Source of the DNA: Macrostomum lignano
Lineage: Eukaryota
NCBI GenBank assembly: GCA_002269645.1
Contig: NIVC01002100.1
Location: 62,001-126,000, forward strand
Length of the DNA: 64,000 nucleotides
Direction of reading: 5' to 3'
Every line of letters starts with the position of its first letter. Position 1 is the first letter of the stretch. Of the stretch, positions 53,746 through 64,000 are shown in pieces. The notes under the pieces were generated by a model. That model did no database searches. It was not told the origin of the DNA and saw only the letters and a program-made list of their open reading frames with translations. The translations under genes and the position numbers were made by a program.

Positions 53746-54951
53746 GGTCCGAAGTTAAATTGTCTCACTGCCTCCGCTTTCTTTCAAAAGCATTGAGTTC
53801 ATTAGATTTATCCAGTGGAATGAGCTAAGCGCTGTCAAAAACAAAGTGTTTTTGTTGGTTAGATTGCTATTACTGTAAATACTCGCAAGTTTGGCCCAAG
53901 GTAAATTCCATAGAAAATTTAGTAATGAAGGCAGCCTAGGCAGGCCAAGCAAGCGTGAGACTGGTGGCTTGTATCTAATGTACTCAAGTAACTCAACTAC
54001 TCATTGTAAGCGCGTAAGTTACTCAATCTAAGCACTTTTCAAGGGCCAGAGCAGAGAAAGTTAGTTTACTGCCAAAAGCTCACACATTTCTGCTCAGCAT
54101 CGCTGGCAATTGTTTATCATAGAAGAGCAAGGACAGCTCAGCCAGATTTCCTTCTGCTGGGTCAAATTTTGAATTTTCACCTCTGCGCACTTGCAGTTTA
54201 ACAGCGCTACCTATCCAGGTATCAGCTCAATAGGACTGACCGATGCCAATTCTTTATCTGTGCCGATGACCGGACTAAACCAGTTGCCAACCAGTTGAGA
54301 GGGCCGGCCGGCTGCCAAAGGAACTCGCTAAAGTTGTTTCTGTTTACGCCGCGCCTGTTTAGCCGCCCGCCCCCCTATCTATCGCACTGAATCACATGAC
54401 TTCAACTGCAAAAGACTCGTGATTACACATTGTCAGCAGCCACGCAAAAACTAATAAATACCGGTAACAAGAGAAGCGGCGCCGCCGCCAGATAATTCAG
54501 AGAAAATTTGTACAATTGGGATAAGTGGGGCCGAACTCTCGGATTTATTCGGAGAAATGCAGTCAGCCAGCGACATGACCGCTACAGGTGAGCCTCTCTC
54601 GGTTTTATACAGACCGCTAGGCGTTATCAAACGCCCTTCCTTCACCTTACCCTCTGCTGCTCCGCTAGTCGTGTAAAATGAACGTCCTTGGTTTTTTCCA
54701 CTGTCTCGCCGTCCCAAGTGCCAGGCCGTCTACAATGCAAAGCCAGCTTTGGTTTTTTCCATCAGCGGAATAAAACTGCCCGCCCGCTTTCGCATGCAAG
54801 CGCGCGTGGGGTGGCGGGGCGCTCAATGTACATCGCCGGGGGGACCAGACTTGAACGTACATTACCGGGGCCAAGGATAGACTTGGATTTCCTTCCACTC
54901 GGCAATCTAACACTGGGTGGGGGTTGTAGCATTTTCTTGAAACCACTCCCC

Positions 54952-54958
54952 TATAAAA
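54952..54958 (+). promoter_or_regulatory. Putative TATA box of the PMT gene
   Basis: CCCCTATAAAAGGG about 105 bp upstream of the ATG of the short first coding exon (55060). Confidence 0.55.
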
Positions 54959-55059
54959 GGGCGCCCCCGGCCTGTACACTAGACAATCGCCGCCAGCAGT
55001 CTATTTTTAGCACTCGTCTCTCTGAAAAGGCAATAAACAGATTGAGTTGGCCCCACTCA

Positions 55060-57124
55060 ATGGAAGCCAAAAGCGGTAAGAGTGCTACTAATACGAGCGT
55101 ACTAAATAAATCTAGAGTTTTAACTAAATGTAAGCTTTGCAGATATCATATCAATTAGCCTTAAATGCACCGGGCATTCGGGTGAGCGTGAACGTGCAAT
55201 CCTGCGTTTCACTTGTACCTTATGACATTGTGTACTTTTACTTTACTTTTACAGTGAACATGAACATGCGGGTATTATCGACCCTTTAAGAAATTATTTA
55301 GGTTTTGAAGCCCTTTTTGCTACTGGTATTGTGCACTAATCTATGCAAACACGGAATGCTATGACCCAACCCTGCTACTCCAGAGACAAGAAAGAGCATG
55401 GCCAGCTACTGGCAGGAGCACGGCCAGGCAACGATGGAGATGATGATGCTCGATGAGAACGCGGCAACCATAGCGGAGAGGGAGGCGCTGGAAGTTCTTG
55501 GCATGCTGCCGAACATTGAGGGCATGTCGGTAGTGGAACTGGGAGCGGGAATCGGCCGGTTCACCCAGTACTTGGCACCGAAGGTCGCCCACCTGGAAGC
55601 CTACGACTTCATGCAGAACTTCATTGACAAGAACCGCGAGCTGAATGGTCACCATGGCAACGTTGAGTTCGGAGTAGCAGACGTAACCAAGCTCAACCTC
55701 AGTCAAAACAGATTCGACTTTATATTCTCGAATTGGTTGTTCATGTACCTGGATGACTCCGAGGTTGCGGGGGTCTTCAGGAAAGTCCTTGATTGGCTGC
55801 GTCCAGATGGCTACTTCTTCTTCCGCGAGTCCTGCTTCCACAAGTCCGGCTCAGTGGCCCGGACTGACAACCCCACGCGCTACCGGACGCCCCAGCAGTA
55901 CAATGAGCTTCTGCTTGAGGCCGCGGCTGGCAAAGGCTGCAAGTTCAGCCTGCTGTACGCCAGGCCGAGCCGGACCTACATCAGCTACAAGCAAAACCGC
56001 AACCAGATGTGCTGGCTGGTGCAGAAGGTCCCGGCGGTTGCGGACGAGGTCCGGCGTCAGCGCAAATCCGAGCGACTATTCTCGGAGGAGAGCATCGGCA
56101 AGCTGGAGAAAATCTTCGGTAAGAGCTTCTTGTCCAACGGTGGCATCTCAAGCACGCGCGAGCTGTGCGACAAGCTTGGCGTGAAATCCGGCGAGCGAGT
56201 GCTGGATGTGGGCTGCGGACTTGGCGACACCTCCATGTACCTGGTGCAGGAGTACGGGGCCAACGTCATCGGGATCGACATCTCCGCCCCGATGATCAGC
56301 ATCGCACTGCAACGGGCTAACCAGCTGAGCGTGCCCAATGTGAGCTTATCTAGAGAGTTCCAGGGTTTTTAAAAAATCGTTTTATTTAAAATTAAACCTG
56401 ATTTTCATTTCGTTTCGCATCAGGTTCTGTTCGAGGTCGCAGACATTGAGACCTACGCCTTATACGAGGAGTCTTCATTTGATGTTATCTACAGCAGAGA
56501 CGTGCTGCAATATGTTGGTGCCAAAGACAAGGTGCTAGCCAAGTACTACGTAAGTTCTTCTCGATTCACTTAATCTGCCTTCGTTTTACTGCGTCGAAAT
56601 TGTCTCATGGAGTGATTTTTGCACTGTGTTAGAAGAATCCATGTGTCAACAACCTTGAGCAATTTTAACCATTGCAGAAATGGCTGAAGCCGGGCGGCCG
56701 CCTGCTGATCTCAGACTACTGCGTGCAGAGCGGCGAGAGCCAGGAGCAGACGGGCCTCGACAGCTTCTGGTCGCGGCGACCGCACCGGCTGTGCACTGTC
56801 GAGGACTTCGCCTCCATGCTGACGCAAAATCGATTTGCCACGCTTGCCACAGAGGACATCACGCCGTGGTGCCAGCAGATCACCATGATGGAGCTCGACG
56901 TGCTGGAGAAGAACAAGAAGCTGTTTGTCGATGTGAGTCATTTGAAAATTGAAAATAATTTCCCTGATCCCGAATTATGCAGCTCCTTTTCATCAATTCA
57001 CCTCCAGGAGTTCGGCGAGAAACGTTTCGAGCTGACCAAATCGAACTGGCGCCGTCGGCTGGCGATGTGCATGAACCAGGAGCTGCTGTGGATCCTCTTC
57101 AGCGCCATCAAGCGTGAGGAATGA
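55060..57124 (+). CDS. PMT: Two-domain phosphoethanolamine N-methyltransferase (PEAMT/PMT), about 489 aa, 5 exons
   Basis: Exons 55060-55075, 55384-56339, 56424-56549, 56678-56932, 57008-57124 (1470 nt, in frame). N domain: MMLD, VVELGAGIGRFT, FSNWLFMYL, FFRESCFH, NPTRYR. C domain: IFG, VLDVGCGLG, YSRD, WLKPGGRLLISDYC. Confidence 0.93.
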
Positions 57125-58419
57125 ATAAGCAATGCCCGCTAACAAACAATTTGATTTAAGAAACCTATCCGCTCGTATCCTTGATGCCTTGATATGCTTG
57201 TAGTCTGGCATTAAATGCTACTCGTACCAATCTGTGTTCTGCTATGCTTCAACTACAATCGGTGTTATTATGTTCCATGGTAATGCGGGACCAGGTCAAT
57301 GTCGTACTGTACTAGTGATTTCAGCATGAATATTTTTGATTGCGTGAATCAGCTGATTTCATCTTTGTTATACTCGTACTCGAATGTTTGTACATTTAGG
57401 ATTCGCCAAGTGTAATTTTGCTATTCTGATTGACAGGCCGCCAAATCTAACCTATTCTACGTCTAGGAACTCGGCTCTCGGTTATAAACTCGCGTTTTTA
57501 CATTTATGGCGCTTTAACAGAATCATTGCATTGGTTTTTTGGCTGTACATCGTATCTCTCTAAGGGTGCTTGATTACTTTTTCATTGAAAATAATAAAAT
57601 CTGCGATTCGCATGCTTATCACTCGAAATGCACAATTTCCAATATTTCAAAGATTTACCGAGACTGAGCTGAGATATTCTCTAGACAGCAGACGTAATGG
57701 ACGTCTGTCTTACTCGGCTACGGGCATAAGCAGTTCAGACAGTGGATCAGATGGAGAGATGAGACTCTCATTCTTGGTCAGGCAAGATTGCATGAAAGCT
57801 CGGAATGCGAGCGAGCAACGTGCTTGCTACGTCGGCCCAATATTCCTATCCGAGCCCTTCTGCACCGGACAGACAGAGCATTTCTATGCAATTCTGCATG
57901 CACATTCACGTGTGCATCTCCCACAGCTCAGTAATTCCGGCTCTTAGCTCTGTATCATAATGCGTTCGCGTCTTTCTTTTGCTGCAGAAATTTAAATGGC
58001 CAGGCAGTTTTTTATAGATTTTTCATAGCTAGACGTTTTATTTTAGTAGTTATTAGTAGTATTTTCCGTGTCTTATACATAGATCTTCGAGTACACCAGT
58101 ACTCTTTCAGAATAAACCCGAATAAACTGTTTCTTTCTCTACTATGTGAACTGCGAGCTAAATTTGACTTGTAGCTCTTTTAACTACAGTAAAATGCGAA
58201 TCGCATGCTGTCTGGATGCTTCTACGAGAAAGCTTGCTTGTACGAGCTGTTGACGCTATCGACTTTTGGCTTGTGCGTAAATGACACGTACAATGAGCGA
58301 GGCAGTGCAACCGGACAGCACTTAGTGAGGTCACTTTTGACGAGCCAAATTTCCCGTCAAACTGAAGATCACGAGAAATGTATATTATCCTGATTTCCAC
58401 TAGCCTCGTCATCGGTTAT

Positions 58420-59388
58420 TTAGTCTTCAGTTGCCGTGATTGAGCAGGCCGCCAGGCCAGCAGCCACAGCCGCAGTGAGGCTGGCCAACACGCAGCAGAT
58501 GAAGCCGGAGCTGAGCACCTCGGAAGTTTCACCGTGACGCAGCACAGCGCTGTACATGGTGCCAAGAAACACAGACCAGGCGATGATTGACAGCACGGCT
58601 GCGGGAAAAAAGGGGGGCAATCCCAATGACCCCCGAATACATAGGGAAAGTGGTCTGTGTGTTTTAGAGAGCTCCTGCCAAAGCATCCACAGAACAAAGC
58701 GCAGAAGCAAATGGTTCCACATTCCGACGCTGAATCTCACCGACTCCGATGCACAGGGCGGCCACGGTGGCGGCCAGCACCCGCTCCTTGTACCGGTGGC
58801 GCACTAGCCCGCGTTCGCCGCACGCGTCAATTACCAGCTTGATGCTCGCCGTCAAGCCAAGGCCCAGACAGGCGAACAGCAGCACCCGGGCTGCCACCAA
58901 CGCTCCGTTGTTAGCCACGGTCAGCCGCCTCAAGGTGGCCTCGGACAGCACCGGGTGGTCAGCGCCCAAACGCCAGTTGGCCCGCAGGCCGGTGCTGTTT
59001 TCTGGCGCCTCCGGCGTCTCCAAGCCGACAGTGCGGCGGTCAGCCAGGACGGTCTCGTGGTAAACTAGCACCTCGCGCGGCCGGTGATGGTAGTAGAAAT
59101 GGTAGAATGCGACCCCTGGCGGAAAATTTATGCCAATTTAAGTGCCCGATGGACATGAATGCGTCGGATTGATCTGAGTCGCTAAAGCTTTACATTGTAG
59201 CCGTTTCTCCACTCACTTTTCGTCTCCCACAGCCCGACGGCCACGAAGGTGGTGGCGGAGGCGTTTCCTGTCAAGCCTGGCCGCGGCACCGAGGCCTCGA
59301 TCAGCAGCCAGCGGTCGCTGAAGAGGCCGATGGTGGCCAGGCAGACGCAGGCGGAGAGGAAGAACACGAGGGTGCAGCTGTGCAGCAT
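58420..59388 (-). CDS. Claudin/PMP22-superfamily-like four-TM protein, about 241 aa, 3 exons
   Basis: Exons 59388-59217, 59115-58741, 58598-58420, in frame. TM1 followed by SDRWL and a GLW motif; four hydrophobic segments. Confidence 0.72.
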
Positions 59389-60435
59389 TGTGTTCGTGGG
59401 TCGAATATTTTCTGAACTCTTTTTTAATTTTGTGAAATATCAACTGCAGGTATCGGCTTGGCTCACGTTCGCAAGCAATTTTTTCAGCGAAATATAGCTG
59501 ACGCCACAGCTGTGCCGAGTGCAGCAACTGCAGAATATCGAAAGCCTGAATCGATATCGAGGAAAGAGTGGCGAGCGACTTCTGCTCACAGTTGAGGAAG
59601 CGGGCGGGAAGACGCTTCAGTACAAGACAAAGCATTGGTGACGGCCCTGTCTTGTGTGCTGAGCTTGCAGAGCAAGGTAGAGGTGGGAACTTATTGGCTC
59701 TGTGGAGGGCGACTTTTCTCTAAATTTTCACAGCTTAACACCGCTTTCAGATTTTACCTTCTCTAATGTGCTTTTCAAATAGAACAGGCGCGATAGGAGT
59801 GCTATGTAAGTACCGTACGAGTATATGGACAAAACAGCCAGAGCATATATTTTGCATGTTGAAGGCAATGCCATGTCGTGAAATACGAGCGTATAAAAAA
59901 TGCTCGTCAAGAATGTCACTAGCTAAAAAACCTTTGTTTCGATTGCCTGCGGTTACCGCCACAATCTCCAGTCCATAAATTGTTCTGCCTCTGTAAGAAG
60001 CGAATTTGGAAGTCGTCAGAGTAAACTTGTAGCCGTTAGCATGACTGACTATGATCTAGATGTGTATTTCATTTAGAAGGGCATCGCTTAAACAATGTTT
60101 TATTGCACTTTAGTAACCGTTATTACAAATGAGTAGAAAAAAGTAGAAGGCGATATGCTCTATGAAAGTATTTTTAACATAACAATACGGAAAACTGCTG
60201 CAGTCCTTATCGCAAAACACTATTGGCATAACTATTGAGCAAAAAAGCATCCAACTATTGCTACTACCAATTCACACATGCGCTTGAGCTACAGACGTAA
60301 GAAAAAATTATCCCTTCACCTACGATAGAATTCTGTGACAGTTAGATGAAGGCACCAGCGGCGGCTGAGAACGCTGAGAACGAGCTCTTTTTTCAGATCT
60401 TCCTTCAGATCGGATGACAGGACTGGGTCCGGGAT

Positions 60436-63400
60436 TTAGGAAGCCTCTTCTGACTGATTTTTGGCGAATCTGATGAACACCTGCATGAACAGATCAGAAA
60501 AGCTTAGCCCAAAGCTTTAAATATTTAGACAGATAATTACCTGTGCGGTCATTATTGCATCATCCATTAAATAACTTTACCTGGTCGAGAGTGGTCTGGT
60601 TGACGCTGTAGTCCAGCACCAGACCGTTGTCCTTGAGCCTCTGGACGCTCTCAAAGATGGTCCTGAGCCTCACGGTCTGCTTCAGCTGGTACTGCAGCAC
60701 AGCCGCGTGGTTCTCGCACAGCATGGCGTCCGGAAAGGCCGACACGAACGCTTCGTGAGCTCTCTCCAGCTGACCTTCCGTGTTATCGACGCTGGCGGAG
60801 GCCGAGGCAGAGGCGGATGTCGCCTCCTGCGACTGCGGCTGACGAACGCGCAGGAAGATGGTGAACCCTTGGCCGAACTTGTTCTTCAAGTGCTGAGGAC
60901 TGCCGATGCACTGCAGTCTGCCGTTCACCTGTGTGAGATGTTAGTGAAGGTATGGTGGGGAAAGTGAGCTGCTTGGCTGCTGCATGAGCTGCAATACCAG
61001 CACTGAGCTGCTCTCACCATGATGGTGAGTCTGTGACACAGCGCTTGGCAATCCTCCATGCTGTGAGTTGTGAGAATGACGCACGAGCCAGCAGTGACCA
61101 TGCGTTGGATGCAGCGCCAAAGGAATCTGCGAGCTCCAGGGTCCATGCCGGCAGTTGGCTCGTCCAGGAACACGATGGGCGGGTTGCCGATGAACGCGAT
61201 GCCGCAGGAGAGCTTGCGCTTGTTGCCTCCGCTGTACTCCTGAGTGGTCTTGTCCAGGTGCGCCTCGATGCCCACCCTGCGGTGTCGAGGTGGCCCTGCG
61301 TACAATCTTCTCATTTCAAAAGCGCACTTTTTAGAGTAACATTCATTCAATTTCAATTTCATTTCAATCGTTTCACTTATTAGAGTAACGCGAGCAAGAG
61401 CAAGATCGGTGACGAACCTCTTTGAGATGGTCTCCACCAGTTGGTCGATGTCCTCCTCCTCCACTCCTCGAATCCTCGCGTACAGCTGCAGCGTCTCCCT
61501 GCCGGTCAGCAGCGGCAGCAGCGCATCGAACTGGGGACAATATCCCAGCTGCTTGTGCACCTCGAGAGCCTCCGTCAGGATTGAGAAGCCGCCGACTCGA
61601 GCGTCTCCGCTCGTCGGTGTGAGGTCACCTGGGGCAACGAGAGTGAAAATAAAGTGGAAAGCAAATCGGTAGGACCTCACGAATCTACCATTAACGACTC
61701 ACCAGTCAGCATCTTGAACGTGGTTGTCTTGCCAGCACCGTTGACGCCCAAGAAGCCGAAGCACTCCTGAGACTTCACTCCCAGACTGATGCCCTTGACG
61801 GCGGCTCTCGGTCCGGAGCTGGTGCTGAAAATCTTGACGAGCCGACGCAGCTCAAGCAGGTTTTCATCGCTCTTAGCACCCTCGACCTTCGCAGCTTCAG
61901 CGCGCACATCATCATCGATCTCTGCTGTTTCCATTCGCACCAGCGACTGATCATACTCGGAGCGGTAGAAAAAGCGGAAAAAGCGCGAGGACACGAGGCC
62001 CTGCTTGCAGCAGCAGTTGTACTCGAGCAGCAGTACGAATGCAAAGTACACAACACTTTCCACTACCATACAGAGCAGATATCGTCCTGTAGCATTCCAT
62101 GCGCTCTGGTGCACGTCGAATCCCATAAACCGTTTTATTGGAGCAGATTTAAGTCTGGAATCTTTTAGAAGTGTGCCGAACCTGATTGAGACCTGATGGA
62201 ACAAATTGTTATTATTACAGATTAGGTTACAATCCAAGAAATGCGAATATATAGCATTATATATATAGATATAATTAGCAATACATTATTCATGCGCATG
62301 TCCTAACTGACTAAAGTGTTTTTGGCGTGAATTCTAAATTTTGGTCTGCGCAACTTACCTGATAGTAGACGTTTAACTCCATTAGTGATTGGCCCAAGCA
62401 AAAGTGAGGCAGCGGTAGGAAAGCCATTTTCAGAATATCTGCAATGCGGAGAGCTGTGGTGTCATGGTTCTCTAGACCAACCAGTCGTACAATCGCGACG
62501 GACATTGTTGTCGTGAACCCGATGCCCAGGTTCAGGCATGACAGCATGGTGAACGCCTTGCTCGGAACGGTCAGCACCCAGCTGAAGGGATACATGAGCG
62601 GCGCACTGGCGAACCCGAACAGGACCACGGTCAGTAGGAACGGCACCAGGGACTCCTTTCCAATAAACTCGTAGCTTCTGAATGCAACGAAGATCAAAAT
62701 AACGATGGTCAGCGGTACTATGTAGTTCAACAGGTTCCAGATGTGGTTCACGACCCAGTACATAGTCGGGTTGATTCCGGACACGAACTGCAAGTGCTTA
62801 GCGTTTGTGGTTTTTTCCGAGATGAGGAAGATCACAAAGCTGGCGGGAATGAATGACAGGGCGAAGATGATGGACACCACTGTCATGGCCGATACCATGG
62901 TGTTCGCGCTGAGCACGTTCTGTACGTATGTTGTACGAAAAGTGATCGGGTGAGTCCAGCCTGACACCCCGATCGCTTCTGCCGAGCCGACGCTCCGGTT
63001 GGCGAGAGTTCGCACGATAGAATTGGTGAGCGTATTTAGATATGCAGGGCCAGACAAGTAACCGTGATTGTCGTACCAGACTTGGTTTACAATTGCTTCG
63101 GAACTGCTCTGCTGACGAAAGCTTTTCAGTAGTGATAGCAGCTGCTCTAGGAAACTATAGTTGAAAAACAACACGGCGTGCCATTTATCTTATTTATCGA
63201 TATATTCTTATTTATCTATCTGATTAATCTATCTGTTTATTATCAAATAAACAAATATCATTGGGTTTTGTGACTTTTCAAGCAGGATTTTCAAATAAAT
63301 GTAGGCTTAAATTTACTGTTTAAGTAAACCGATGCTATTGGTCAACTAAAATATAAAATAATAATTGATATTGGAATAAACTATACAAGTAGCATACACA

Positions 63401-64000
63401 CCCATCCTTTCGTTTATCCTTCATGCTTGCTAAATTTTCCAGAACGTGCTGGGTTTCGACATTAGCATTGTCTTCGTCCGCATTAACTGGCTGCGAGTCG
63501 TTCACGAACAGCGTGTAGCCTCCGAACCTCTTTCGGTAGTACTCCATCACTGTCGACTGGATGTAGTTTGTCAGGTTGTAGCCCTGCATGCTCTCCACAA
63601 TGTCGGAGCTCATCAGAGACTTACGAGCTGGCGTTGGCCAGTCAACGCACTTGGCGCTGTTCGGGTAGTCCTTGTACGAGCACTGACACCACGATGTGTT
63701 GCTGGGCAGGTTGCTGGGAGTCTCAGACCACACAGAGCCTCGTCGCTGCGTCTTGCACGGGAAGTCGGGGTTGCTGAACACATCCTCTCGCATGCAGCGA
63801 GTTCCGAGGAAGTCCGTGCTGTTCATGTGCAGCATCAGCCGGTTGGACAGGTCGGTCAGGCTGTGGTTGTTTGGGTAGGCGGTCAGGCTGCGGCTCTGGA
63901 ACACTGATAGGTCCTTGAGGCGAGATCGCTCTGGCTTGCCGAGCATGTACCAGGGCGCCAGCTCCATCGGTGGACTGTCGCCGTCTTTGGGCACAATTTG
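60436..64000 (-). CDS. ABC transporter subfamily A (ABCA1/2/4-like), C-terminal half, 5' truncated by the window edge
   Basis: Exons >64000-63402, 63154-62359, 62192-61703, 61628-61418, 61276-61018, 60928-60581, 60480-60436. Motifs: KRFGGY, VWYDNHGY..PAYLN, HLQFVSG, LPHFCLG, Walker A GVNGAGKTT, GYCPQFD, YSGGNKRKL, FLDEPTAGMDP, ILTTHSMEDCQALC, QTTLDQVFIRFA. Confidence 0.95.

Overview
Eukaryotic (metazoan) genomic DNA, not prokaryotic. It has GC-rich, poly-Ala-rich spliced coding exons and GT-AG introns packed with minisatellites. That architecture fits a free-living flatworm such as Macrostomum (inference from style only). Gene models reconstructed by hand, with exon phases checked: NWD1/2-like NACHT-WD40 protein (-, 10 exons), fascin (-, 7 exons), a single-exon Gos1/GOSR1 N-terminal-domain derivative (+), HSD17B10 (-, 3 exons), two rhodopsin-class peptide GPCRs (+), a two-domain phosphoethanolamine N-methyltransferase (+, 5 exons), a claudin/PMP22-like 4TM protein (-, 3 exons) and the 3' half of an ABCA transporter (-). 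Mobile DNA: a full-length 5.4 kb LOA/R1-like LINE with a 13-bp TSD and two inactivating lesions, a 5'-truncated relative of it, a tRNA-derived CORE-like SINE and a hAT-type MITE. Most interesting signals: (1) tandem arrays that multiply splice sites, including about 30 polypyrimidine-CAG|GTGAGT units in one GPCR intron; (2) a PMT whose C-terminal domain has lost its catalytic and phosphobase-binding residues; (3) a SNARE-less Gos1-like protein whose UGA is followed in frame by a Cys-rich repeat; (4) sharply delimited CpG-depleted domains. All of this was done by eye; no database searches were run.
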